This document shows, in pieces, positions 1-8,440 of a DNA stretch of 64,000 nt (positions are counted from its first letter, which is position 1; each line of letters starts with the position of its first letter). The notes under the pieces are model-generated. The model was given only the letters and a program-made list of their open reading frames with translations. It had not been told where the DNA came from and ran no database searches. The DNA comes from Bacilli bacterium. Lineage in GTDB: Bacteria; Bacillota_I; Bacilli_A; RF39; UBA660. The translations under genes were made by a program, and so were the position numbers. Where the stretch lies: positions 5,466 through 69,465 of the forward strand of contig JBKDZP010000004.1 in the NCBI GenBank assembly GCA_047971315.1, written 5' to 3'.

Positions 1-615
1 AACCTCCTTATTTTCTACTATTTCATCACCGTCTACATCACCAGAATCTATACTAGTATCTTCATCACTTGTATCATCACTAGTCGAAACATCTGCTTGT
101 TGTCCGCTGCTTGAATTTGTGTTAGAACTTGTTGTTTCATTAGTTGATGAACTGCCTGAATTAGTATTAGTTGATGGACTAGTTATCGTATTATTAGTTG
201 TAGTACTACTATTTGTTGTATTAGTATCTGTAGATGGTGTTGTTGGTTCTACCACAGGTTGATTTACTGTCGTATTAGTTGGTACAGATATAGAAACAGT
301 TTTGATAGTACTAAGTGCACAAATACTACCATCAGAAATCTTAACCGAAATAGTAAAAGTATCCCCTGCTGTAGCATAGGCATAATAACCATCATTATAT
401 CTTGTACCATTTATTCCATCATATGAAAGCCCAGTTGATAAACCATATACGTATATTTTATAAGTATCAGGATTTGATGTTACTACATAATTCATATAAA
501 CATTATTTGCTTGTGGCAAATACGAAGCTACCATTTCATCTGTACATTCTTCAGCATTAACTGAAATCGGTATTACAACAAACATCATTAATACTGCAAA
601 TATAAACTTTTTCAT
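1..615 (-). CDS. Secreted Ser/Thr-rich protein. The N-terminus, including the start codon at 613-615, lies in the window; the 3' end runs off the window start. Not in the ORF table because it is partial.
   Basis: The reverse complement of 601-615 reads ATGAAAAAGTTT, preceded by a GGAGT ribosome-binding site. The N-terminus MKKFIFAVLMMFVVIPISVNA is a classic signal peptide. A long T/S/N-rich low-complexity stretch follows. Confidence 0.5.
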   Translation of the reverse strand, partial: MKKFIFAVLMMFVVIPISVNAEECTDEMVASYLPQANNVYMNYVVTSNPDTYKIYVYGLSTGLSYDGINGTRYNDGYYAYATAGDTFTISVKISDGSICALSTIKTVSISVPTNTTVNQPVVEPTTPSTDTNTTNSSTTTNNTITSPSTNTNSGSSSTNETTSSNTNSSSGQQADVSTSDDTSDEDTSIDSGDVDGDEIVENKEV

Positions 616-687
616 AAACTCCTACTTTCCTTTTCTAAACAAATTATATAGGAAATAAAATTAATTTGCAAACTGTTTTTTTGAATA

Positions 688-1059
688 TTAAATTTCAATG
701 TTTGGTTCTTCTTCAATTCCATCTTCTACTTCATCTTTAGTTTTTTTAGAAGATAAGAAAGTTACTTTCTCAGCTACTACTTCCATTACGTCTTTAGTTA
801 CTCCATTTTCTTCAATTTTATTTGTTTGAATTCTACCTTTGATTCCAATCAAATCGCCTTTTTTACAATATTCAGCTGTATTTTCAGCTACTCCTGCCCA
901 AAGTACGCAAGTGATAAAATCTGTATCATAATCGCCTTCTGCATTTTTATAACTTCTAGGAACTGCCAATTTAATATCAGCTACTTTTTTTCCACTTTCT
1001 GTTTCTTTTACTTCTGGATCTTTTACTAATCTTCCTACTATTACTGTTTGATTTAATAT
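688..1059 (-). CDS. ssb: Single-stranded DNA-binding protein (SSB). The N-terminus extends beyond the ATG-bounded ORF (688-969) and uses a non-ATG start, probably ATA at 1057-1059.
   Basis: The motif DFITCVLWAGVAENTAEYCKKGDLIGIKGRIQT matches the SSB OB-fold core, and the tail is acidic. In-frame upstream sequence encodes ILNQTVIVGRLVKDPEV, a typical SSB N-terminus. AGGAGG sits 9 nt upstream of the ATA codon, with no in-frame ATG in between. Confidence 0.7.
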   Translation of the reverse strand: MLNQTVIVGRLVKDPEVKETESGKKVADIKLAVPRSYKNAEGDYDTDFITCVLWAGVAENTAEYCKKGDLIGIKGRIQTNKIEENGVTKDVMEVVAEKVTFLSSKKTKDEVEDGIEEEPNIEI

Positions 1060-1685
1060 ATATTCTTTCCTCCTATTATATACCCCATATTGACTAATTT
1101 TTCGTCAACTTCGTTTATACTTTTCTTATTATATTTTTCTTTATATTTTTCAATTTGTTCTTTTGTTAATGAAACTAAATCTCCAGCTTCATTAAATCTA
1201 GATATAAAAAAAGTGCCTGCAATTATATCATTACCGACTACTCTATTTAAATCCATATTTAGTAATTTTCCTTCTTCATTACATACAAGACAGATATTAT
1301 TATCTATATCTATCATTTCTATCAATCCATCTACCTCTTTTTGTAGTGATTTTAAATCATTGATAATTTCTTTCTCATACGGTAATTCATTAGGTTCTAC
1401 TTTTAAAATAACTAATTTATTATTTTCAATATAATTATTAATATTATTAGTTATCTTTTCTAACTCTTTTGCCTCTTCATAACATTCACTATCTTTAGCT
1501 TTTACCTTAAATGTATTTAATCTATCTAACATTTCTTTAGCTTTATTAATGTCTATTAATCCATTAGCTATTTCTTCGATTGTTTCTTCTTCATCCATTC
1601 TATGACTTACATTATCTCTATAATTATATATATCATATTCCTTGAAGAATTCATTAATGCTATTAGCTATTTGTTCTTTAGTCAT
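1053..1685 (-). CDS. Hypothetical protein of the mobile element, translationally coupled to ssb.
   Basis: A 210-aa ORF. Its stop overlaps the ssb start region. I recognise no motif. Confidence 0.4.
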   Translation of the reverse strand: MTKEQIANSINEFFKEYDIYNYRDNVSHRMDEEETIEEIANGLIDINKAKEMLDRLNTFKVKAKDSECYEEAKELEKITNNINNYIENNKLVILKVEPNELPYEKEIINDLKSLQKEVDGLIEMIDIDNNICLVCNEEGKLLNMDLNRVVGNDIIAGTFFISRFNEAGDLVSLTKEQIEKYKEKYNKKSINEVDEKLVNMGYIIGGKNIY

Positions 1686-1951
1686 TTTTCCTCCATATTA
1701 TCAGTATTCAATTTCAATCTTATATTATCAATTTCTTTTAATAAATTATTTAATTGTTTATTTTTATATATTAATTTATTATTTTTATTTACTCTTTTTA
1801 GCATTACATCATATAAATTTATAATAAAATCTAAATCATTTATTTTTTCTTCTACTATTACTAAAAGTTTTTGATAATCATCTTTTTCAGAAAATAATCC
1901 ATATTCATAACCAAAGTCTATTATTCTTTTAATTAATACCTTATTATCCAT
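1682..1951 (-). CDS. Hypothetical protein. Its stop overlaps the start of the downstream ORF.
   Basis: An 89-aa ORF sitting in the same minus-strand operon-like string. Confidence 0.35.
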   Translation of the reverse strand: MDNKVLIKRIIDFGYEYGLFSEKDDYQKLLVIVEEKINDLDFIINLYDVMLKRVNKNNKLIYKNKQLNNLLKEIDNIRLKLNTDNMEEK

Positions 1952-1962
1952 GAATTATACAC

Positions 1963-2202
1963 CTACTTAAAATAAGCTAATACCCAATCAACAAATTGAA
2001 CTGATAATAGAGCGGATACACCAGCTATAATAGTTGTTTTTATTTTTCTATCATAGCTAGCTTTTTGATTATCTTCAGAACTAGCCATTTTTAATGCATA
2101 ATCTTTTGCAACAAAAAAGCCCGTTGCTCCTATTACGAACAAGCGGACAAATCCCATTGCATCATTAATTAATTTTAAAACGTCACCTAAAATTTCTTGC
2201 AA
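1963..2202 (-). CDS. Small two-helix membrane protein of the mobile element.
   Basis: 79 aa with two hydrophobic helices (FVRLFVIGATGFFVA and TTIIAGVSALLSVQFV). Confidence 0.4.
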   Translation of the reverse strand: MQEILGDVLKLINDAMGFVRLFVIGATGFFVAKDYALKMASSEDNQKASYDRKIKTTIIAGVSALLSVQFVDWVLAYFK

Positions 2203-2231
2203 ATAATCACGCCCTCTCCTGCTGCAATTAA

Positions 2232-2369
2232 TTAATTGAATAAACCATTAAAATGATTAAATATTCCTGTTATTGAATCTGAAATGTTTCCTTGAATTAA
2301 AGTAAATAATCCAACTACTATTACAGCTCCTGTTATAACCCAGAATAATGTGTTTGTATTTTCTGACAT
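2232..2369 (-). CDS. Tiny membrane protein of 45 aa, not in the ORF table.
   Basis: The reverse complement reads GGAAGGAGGTGAACTT-ATG, and the product is MSENTNTLFWVITGAVIVVGLFTLIQGNISDSITGIFNHFNGLFN. It has a strong ribosome-binding site and one transmembrane helix. Confidence 0.45.
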   Translation of the reverse strand: MSENTNTLFWVITGAVIVVGLFTLIQGNISDSITGIFNHFNGLFN

Positions 2370-2439
2370 AAGTTCACCTCCTTCCTTAGTTTTTTGACAA
2401 TGAGATCCCTATAAACTCAAAAAAAAGAATCATATGATC

Positions 2440-2889
2440 CTATTTTAAAAACTGCTCGTCCATTCTTAGTGCTGTTAAAAATTTAATTACAGCACTTTTT
2501 CTTGACCTCACAACATATTCGCGACATATTCCTATATCGAATCCGATTTTTTCATCTACAGTGCCTTTTTCATATGTTTCAACAAGTATAACTTTTTCTT
2601 CTTGATTAAGATGACTAAATGCATATACAATTTTTGATAAGTATTTATCTAAATTTTCTTCATTTGTTAATTTTTTTACTACATAGTCTTCTACCTTTGA
2701 ATTATTTTTCCTAACGAAACTACTATATTTGATTTCATAATTTGGCGTAATTTTAGGCATCGATACTTGATCATATCTAATTTTCAACAAATTAACTGTA
2801 TTAAATATTTTTCTTACTTCTCTTGACATCAAATTATAATCATATTTCTTTAATAATTCATCTGGTAATATTGCATTGTTTTTAGTCAT
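2440..2889 (-). CDS. ArpU-family transcriptional regulator (phage/element late-gene activator-like).
   Basis: 149 aa. The C-terminal stretch LSKIVYAFSHLNQEEKVILVETYEKGTVDEKIGFDIGICREYVVRSRKSAVIKF resembles ArpU and the sigma region-4-like family. Confidence 0.5.
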   Translation of the reverse strand: MTKNNAILPDELLKKYDYNLMSREVRKIFNTVNLLKIRYDQVSMPKITPNYEIKYSSFVRKNNSKVEDYVVKKLTNEENLDKYLSKIVYAFSHLNQEEKVILVETYEKGTVDEKIGFDIGICREYVVRSRKSAVIKFLTALRMDEQFLK

Positions 2890-3448
2890 ATATTCTCTCC
2901 CTGCTAAAATGATTCAAAAAAAATAGACTATCAAGCTAATAGCTGAAAGTCCATTCAAGGTAAAATATTTACTACTACATATCAAATATTAGAAGAGGCG
3001 AAAAATTTAAATTCACTTTCATTAATAATTAAATTACTAATTACATCCATGTATTTAAACATATTTCACCTCCATAAATAAAATAGATATTCATCTCAAA
3101 TATTCAATTAGGTTATATAATAATAAAATTTTCCGTAAAAATCAAGAGTTTTTAACAAATAATTAAAAAGAAAGCATTCTAACAGCTTTCTCTTTCGTTA
3201 TACTTATCTCGATTTTACTACATTATATCACTTGACAACCTACTTGTGTCGTTAAACTTTTTCGAAATTTTAAGGCATAAAATTCAGATAGAAATAGTAT
3301 TAATTGTTAACTTAATTGTCGACGAATTGTGAACTTTTCATTCATTTGTCCCTTTAAAAACAACAAATTTAACTTTTTCAAAATAAGCGATTTTTTTTAT
3401 TAATTATTTAATATAATTACAATCATTTTTTTGTACTCAACAATAATG

Positions 3449-3640
3449 CTACTTTTTTATATTTATATTTTTTTTGTTTTTAATTGCTTTACTTTTAATT
3501 TCATTATTACATTTTATATTTTTAATTTTAGGTATCACTAATTGTCTTTCTTCTTTTTCTTTTTTGGTTCCTAACACATCATCTATTTGATCAGTAGCGA
3601 CTAGATATTCAAATAATTTATCCTCAAACATATAATTCAT
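3449..3640 (-). CDS. Hypothetical small basic protein.
   Basis: A 63-aa ORF with a lysine-rich tail. Confidence 0.25.
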   Translation of the reverse strand: MNYMFEDKLFEYLVATDQIDDVLGTKKEKEERQLVIPKIKNIKCNNEIKSKAIKNKKNINIKK

Positions 3641-3648
3641 CCTTTCTT

Positions 3649-4158
3649 TTATACATTAAAATATTTTTTATAAATATCTACTATTTCGTTATTTTGTAAA
3701 ACCATGATGCAATTAATATCATATTTTTTTGTTAATTCATTTATGGTATCAATTACTATTTTAGCTATCTCATTATGTTTGTAACCGTGAACTCCTGTAC
3801 CTATACTAACTGTTAATATATTTTTATAATTATTTTTCTTTGCACTCTCAAATATTTTATTATAAGATTCAACAAGAGTTAATAATGGTTCTGATTGCTG
3901 ATAACACTTTGGTGCAAATATATTAATTATATCTACATTTAATTTAAATCCTGGCGTTATTCTAACTTCATTAGTTATCATCTTATTTCCATAATTTTTT
4001 TTACAATATTGTTCTAAATCGTCTTTTCCAGCTCTTTTATATATTGCACCACAAACTCCACTCCCAGCTATCATATATTCATTGGTTGAATTTATTATTA
4101 CATCACAATCATTTATATAATCTAATACATTGCCTTCGACTATTTTTAAATATCCCAT
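3649..4158 (-). CDS. Macro-domain protein (ADP-ribose / O-acetyl-ADP-ribose binding or hydrolase, MacroD/YmdB-like).
   Basis: The pattern KIVEGNVLDY...DVIINSTNEYMIAGSGVCGAIYKRAG...ITPGFKL...IINIFAPK...SIGTGVHGY is typical of a macro domain. Confidence 0.75.
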   Translation of the reverse strand: MGYLKIVEGNVLDYINDCDVIINSTNEYMIAGSGVCGAIYKRAGKDDLEQYCKKNYGNKMITNEVRITPGFKLNVDIINIFAPKCYQQSEPLLTLVESYNKIFESAKKNNYKNILTVSIGTGVHGYKHNEIAKIVIDTINELTKKYDINCIMVLQNNEIVDIYKKYFNV

Positions 4159-4408
4159 ATTATCACCTATTTATAAAACAATTATAACATACATTAAAAT
4201 TTAATCACAAATCATCTTAAAATTATCGACAATTTAGTCAACAATTTATATTTATTTTATATTGAAAATTATAGAAAATCTTTAACAACACAAATGACTT
4301 GTCAAGTGTTATAATGTGATAAAGTGGAAATGTTTATATATAGGCATCTCTGTTTTTTTATGCTCACAAATAATTTGTGAGCTTTTATTTTTGAAAGGAG
4401 ATAAAGCA

Positions 4409-4645
4409 TTGAAAGCTGAAGAAACATTAGAATTAATATCAAAACAATGGTGTGATATGAAAGATTTAATGAAATTGTCTAGACTTGGAATAAATAATGC
4501 CACAAGATTAAGGCAAGAAATAAAAAATGATATCCAAAAAAAGGGATATATTTTACCAAAAGGTTTATTGCCAATGTCATGCGTTGTAGAAAAACTAAAT
4601 ATTAATATAGATTATTTAAAAAAAGTAGTTAATAACAATAAATAA
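4409..4645 (+). CDS. Small DNA-binding, excisionase-like protein upstream of the integrase. The start is probably TTG at 4409; the ORF table's ATG at 4316 is less likely.
   Basis: AAAGGAG lies 8 nt before TTG. The product, MKAEETLELISKQWCDMKDLMKLSRLGINNATRLRQEIKNDIQKKGYILPKGLLP..., is about 78 aa. Small genes immediately upstream of tyrosine integrases in Firmicute islands are usually Xis or DUF3173-like. Confidence 0.4.
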   Translation: MKAEETLELISKQWCDMKDLMKLSRLGINNATRLRQEIKNDIQKKGYILPKGLLPMSCVVEKLNINIDYLKKVVNNNK

Positions 4646-4774
4646 ACAAGCAAATTGATTTCACAAAACCTCAAATCCTGGTTTTGTTTTTTTTATTTTT
4701 TATGCTAAACTTAAATTACTTTAGAAAAAAATGAAGCAGAAAATCAATTTGATAAAACATAAAGGAGGAATTAA

Positions 4775-5893
4775 ATGGCAGTTTTACAAGTTGGTAAAGA
4801 AAATGAAACTAAAGATGGTAGAAAATGGTATTTCAAAACTAGGATAGTTCAGAAAAATGGTTTAACTAAGCAATATAAATCTAGAAAGTATCTATCAAGA
4901 ACAGAAGCTGTTAAAGCTGAACGAGATTTACTTTCTAAAATAGATAGAAGAGAAATTAATCCTTCAGATATGACATTTAAACAATTATATGAAGAGTTCT
5001 ACGAATATAAGTCTGATAAAGTTAAACATACTACAATGAGAACATATCGTGAAAGAGTAAAATATTTTACAACATTTGATAATATTAAAATAATGGATTT
5101 TGATATTAAACATTATTTAAAATGGAGAGCTAATATAAATAGCTTGCCACTTGCTGTTAAAACAAAGAATCATTATCATAAATTTTTTAAAGAAATTTTA
5201 AATTATGGAGCAAAATGGCACGATTTTAATTTTTCATCTATCTATAATAAAATGGAAAAATTTGTGGATCCTAATGCTACTCCAAAAGAGATGGATTTTT
5301 ATACATATGAGGAGTTCAAACAATTTATTTCCGTTGAAACCGAAGTTAAGTTTAAAGGTGCATTTGAAATGTTATATTATTGTGGACTTCGTAGAGGTGA
5401 ACTTAGGGGATTAACTTGGGATAATATAGATTTTGAGAATAAAACTGTATCAGTTGTTAAAAATGTCGTAAATGAAAATGGAGATTCTGGATATTGGAAG
5501 ATAACTACTCCAAAAACACGAACTAGTACTAGAACAATTCCTATGACTGATATTCTTATTGAACATTTAAAAGAATTAAAAGAAGAATGTAAAAGATACT
5601 ATGGATATAATATTAAATGGTTTGTTTTTGGAGATATAAATCCATTACACCCAGATGTTTTAAGAAGAAGGAAAAATGATAATGCTAAAAAGGCTGGTGT
5701 CAAACAAATAAGAATACACGATTTTAGACATAGCTGTGCATCTATTCTAATTAATAATGGTGCGAATATAATGATAGTAGCTAAGTATTTAGGACATGCG
5801 AAAATAGATGAAACCTTAAATACCTACACACACTTATTTAAGAATAAAATGGATGATATATTAGCTGTTATGAACAAATTAAACACTGATTAA
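4775..5893 (+). CDS. int: Tyrosine-type site-specific integrase (phage integrase family).
   Basis: 372 aa. The N-terminus is SAM-like. The catalytic region reads LYYCGLRRGELRGLTWDNID ... HDFRHSCASIL ... AKYLGHAKIDETLNTYTHL, which gives the R...H-x-x-R...H...Y signature. Confidence 0.85.
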   Translation: MAVLQVGKENETKDGRKWYFKTRIVQKNGLTKQYKSRKYLSRTEAVKAERDLLSKIDRREINPSDMTFKQLYEEFYEYKSDKVKHTTMRTYRERVKYFTTFDNIKIMDFDIKHYLKWRANINSLPLAVKTKNHYHKFFKEILNYGAKWHDFNFSSIYNKMEKFVDPNATPKEMDFYTYEEFKQFISVETEVKFKGAFEMLYYCGLRRGELRGLTWDNIDFENKTVSVVKNVVNENGDSGYWKITTPKTRTSTRTIPMTDILIEHLKELKEECKRYYGYNIKWFVFGDINPLHPDVLRRRKNDNAKKAGVKQIRIHDFRHSCASILINNGANIMIVAKYLGHAKIDETLNTYTHLFKNKMDDILAVMNKLNTD

Positions 5894-6106
5894 AATAACC
5901 TTGGTACCTAAAATGGTACCTAAAATAAATAAAAAGGCTGTGAAGCCTTATAAATAAACAAAAATGACCGGACTAGCCGGTCTTCAGGGGGTTTTTGTTT
6001 GTATTCTTAACTGAAAATCGTAAGAATACCTGCACGAATACCTCGTGCTATTATAATTATAAAATTTTTATTATTAAAAGTCAATTAAAAAATATAAATT
6101 TGAACA

Positions 6107-8089
6107 TTAATCAGTTGTTGAATTATTAATTATAAAATCTATCATATTTTTTTCTTTAACTGTATGTTCATATTGTAAATAAAGTTCACTATCTTCCTTA
6201 GCTTTAAGAAGAATTTTGTAGTCTTTTTTTAAATCTGCTATATTAAATACCATATCTCCGCTTTGTTTAATTCCAAATAAATCACCACTACCTCTAATTA
6301 AAAAATCTTCTTCGCTTATTTTAAATCCATCATTTGTTTGAGTTAGTACTTTTAATCTTTCTGTTTCTTTATTACTAATTAAAATACAATATGATTGCAG
6401 ATTATTTCTACCTACTCGACCTCTTAATTGATGAAGTGTTGATAATCCAAATCTAAAACTATCAAAAATAACAATCATAGTTGAATTTGGAACATCAACT
6501 CCAACTTCAATTACTGTTGTACTAATTAAAATTTGAATTTCATTATTTTTAAACTTTTCCATAACTTCATCTTTTTCATTATTTTTCATCTTACCATGAA
6601 GTGTTCCAATTTTATAAAACTTTCCAAATGCTTTTTTCATATTTTCTTCTATCAAATTCACATTTTTTAAATCACTATTTTCACTTTCCTCTATTAATGG
6701 AGCAATTACATAAATTTGATGATTTTTTTTTAATTCAATAAACATAGATTCTAAAACTTCAATTATTTGTGATTCTTTTTTTAATAACGTAATTATTTCT
6801 TTTCTTCCATTTGGAACTGTTTTTATACTTGAAATATCCATATCACCATATAAAGTTAATGCATAAGTTCTAGGAATTGGTGTTGCACTCATATATAAAA
6901 TATCTGGTGTTATTCCTTTATTTTTTAGATTACTTCTTTGATTTACTCCAAAACGATGTTGTTCATCAGTTATAACAAGCCCTAAATTATTAAAACATAC
7001 ATTATCTGTTAATATTGCATGAGTTCCGATTACAAAATTAATTTCCCCTGTAGATATTTTATTAATTATTTCTTTTTTTTCTTTATTTTTTATCTTTCCA
7101 GTTAATAAAGTAATTTGTATATTATATTTTTCAAATAATTTTTTTATATTGTGGAAATGTTGATTAGCTAATATTTCAGTTGGAACCATTAATGCACTTT
7201 GAAATCCTGCTAGAAAATTCATGTACATACTTATGATTGCAACAATTGTTTTACCACTACCTACATCACCTTGTAGTAATCTGTTCATTTGAAATTCACA
7301 ATTTAAATCATTATAAATATCAATGATACTTTTTAATTGATCTTCTGTTAATTTATAATGTAATTCATTAATAAATTGTTCTACTTTGTTAAAATCTATT
7401 TCCTTTTTTAATCCAATTCCCATATTTTTTTTATTTTTCAAATAATTCATTTTAAGCATAAAAATAAACAATTCTTCATATTTAAGTCGAGTTAAAGCTT
7501 TTTTCAATTTTTCTTGATTAAAAGGATTGTGTAATGTAATTATACTTTGTAGCTTATCCATAAACTTATATTTTTCTATAAATATTGATGGAATATAATC
7601 AGTTACCTCCAAATTTAAACTTAGAGCACTATTTATATATTTATGAATTTGATTAGATGTAATTCCATATGTTGTATGATAAATCGGTTCTAATTTTTCT
7701 CCTTTTAATAATCCAAATCTTAGATCACTTGCTACAATATTATTTTTAATTTTATTTATTTTTCCAATTACTGTTAATTCATTACCAATTTGCAATTTAG
7801 ACTTTAAAAATCCACGATTGAAAATAGTTATTGTTATAAGATTTACTCCTGTATTTAATTTAAAAGTCATTCTGTCTAATTTTTTATTTATGTGATATAT
7901 ATTAGGATTTGTTTCAATTATTCCATCTATTATTACCTTATCATCTATTAACTCATCCATATTTGTTTTTTTTATTGTTTCATATCTAAATGGATAGAAA
8001 TTAATTAATGAATTTAGATTATTAATTCCTAATTTATTTAGTAGTTTAACACCCTTAGGTCCAATTTTATAAATTTGTTCTAAAGTCAT
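6107..8089 (-). CDS. recG: ATP-dependent DNA helicase RecG. The start is probably the internal Met (MTLEQIYKIG).
   Basis: Motifs DVGSGKT, TDEQHRFGV, MSATPIPRT and QLRGRVGRNNLQSYC. A sigma-A promoter (TTGACA, 17-nt spacer, TATAAT at 8111-8139) overlaps the table's ATG at 8117-8119, so the GGTGA-preceded ATG at 8089 is favoured. Confidence 0.9.
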   Translation of the reverse strand: MTLEQIYKIGPKGVKLLNKLGINNLNSLINFYPFRYETIKKTNMDELIDDKVIIDGIIETNPNIYHINKKLDRMTFKLNTGVNLITITIFNRGFLKSKLQIGNELTVIGKINKIKNNIVASDLRFGLLKGEKLEPIYHTTYGITSNQIHKYINSALSLNLEVTDYIPSIFIEKYKFMDKLQSIITLHNPFNQEKLKKALTRLKYEELFIFMLKMNYLKNKKNMGIGLKKEIDFNKVEQFINELHYKLTEDQLKSIIDIYNDLNCEFQMNRLLQGDVGSGKTIVAIISMYMNFLAGFQSALMVPTEILANQHFHNIKKLFEKYNIQITLLTGKIKNKEKKEIINKISTGEINFVIGTHAILTDNVCFNNLGLVITDEQHRFGVNQRSNLKNKGITPDILYMSATPIPRTYALTLYGDMDISSIKTVPNGRKEIITLLKKESQIIEVLESMFIELKKNHQIYVIAPLIEESENSDLKNVNLIEENMKKAFGKFYKIGTLHGKMKNNEKDEVMEKFKNNEIQILISTTVIEVGVDVPNSTMIVIFDSFRFGLSTLHQLRGRVGRNNLQSYCILISNKETERLKVLTQTNDGFKISEEDFLIRGSGDLFGIKQSGDMVFNIADLKKDYKILLKAKEDSELYLQYEHTVKEKNMIDFIINNSTTD

Positions 8090-8110
8090 AATATCACCAT
8101 TTCTAACATC

Positions 8111-8139
8111 ATTATACAAAACATTTGTTCATATGTCAA
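8111..8139 (-). promoter_or_regulatory. Sigma-A-type promoter of recG.
   Basis: On the minus strand, TTGACA (8134-8139), an exact 17-nt spacer, then TATAAT (8111-8116). Confidence 0.55.
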
Positions 8140-8214
8140 ATCATATTTTTCGATATTTTAAATTTGCATAAAAAAAAGCTTGACAATTATAGCTTTTTCG
8201 ATTAGTATATAAAG

Positions 8215-8313
8215 CACCAGTTCGAAGAAATCGAGCTGGCGCTAGTATCACACTAGCCAACCCCTTTTTATTCTTTTATGAAGCTGTTCTCAGGGGGACA
8301 GTTTCTTTTTTTT
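8215..8313 (+). ncRNA. Candidate small RNA of about 100 nt with its own promoter and intrinsic terminator, in the recG-PFOR intergenic region.
   Basis: TTGACA at 8180-8185, a 17-nt spacer, then TAGTAT at 8203-8208. The transcript has three predicted hairpins: CCAGTTCGA/TCGAGCTGG, GCTAGT/ACTAGC, and GAAGCTG...CAGTTTC followed by a T9 run at 8305-8313. No protein-coding potential. Confidence 0.3.
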
Positions 8314-8405
8314 ATTCTTTTATGACTGTTCTCCTTATAAGTTAAAATGGTTAACTTAACTTATGAACAGAGTATAACATATGTAAAAACTTAATAATAT
8401 ATATT

Positions 8406-8440
8406 TTTATAAAAAAAAGTAAAGTTTACACTACTTTACT
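8406..8440 (-). terminator. Rho-independent terminator of the PFOR gene.
   Basis: On the minus strand, stem AGTAAAGT/ACTTTACT with a 6-nt loop, followed by a run of 8 U. The stem overlaps the stop codon. Confidence 0.6.

Larger units (their letters stand above)
1..5960. mobile_element. Right-hand end of an integrated mobile element (prophage or ICE-like) that extends beyond the window start. The integrase marks the right border.
   Basis: A contiguous set of int, xis-like, ArpU-like, macro-domain, ssb and small membrane genes ends abruptly at housekeeping recG. Repeats and hairpins at 5903-6048 look like an att region. Confidence 0.55.

Noticed and set aside
2982-3062. A 26-aa ORF (MFKYMDVISNLIINESEFKFFASSNI) with a strong GGAGGTGAAAT ribosome-binding site in the 560-bp non-coding stretch of the left-hand element.
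   Set aside because: It is too short and has no family resemblance. It could be a real micropeptide, but the sequence alone cannot support it as a feature.
3225-3270. A plus-strand TTGACA-17-TAAACT promoter-like sequence in the same non-coding stretch.
   Set aside because: No downstream plus-strand gene or structured RNA is evident. It may be a fortuitous match in AT-rich DNA.
5205-5414. A 69-aa plus-strand ORF inside the integrase gene, and similar small internal ORFs (826-1029, 1090-1434, 1602-1874, 29226-29582, 30312-30524, 37267-37620, 39592-39975).
   Set aside because: These are alternative-frame or antisense ORFs nested in confidently called genes. They have no independent support.
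5894-6106. A tRNA or tmRNA gene as the integrase attachment target.
   Set aside because: There is no cloverleaf, T-arm (GGTTCGAATCC-like) or CCA-end pattern. The hairpins fit terminators or att inverted repeats better.
8180-8340. SRP (4.5S) RNA or 6S RNA as the identity of the structured intergenic RNA.
   Set aside because: The conserved SRP domain IV motifs are absent, and it is too short for 6S. It is left as an unclassified sRNA candidate.
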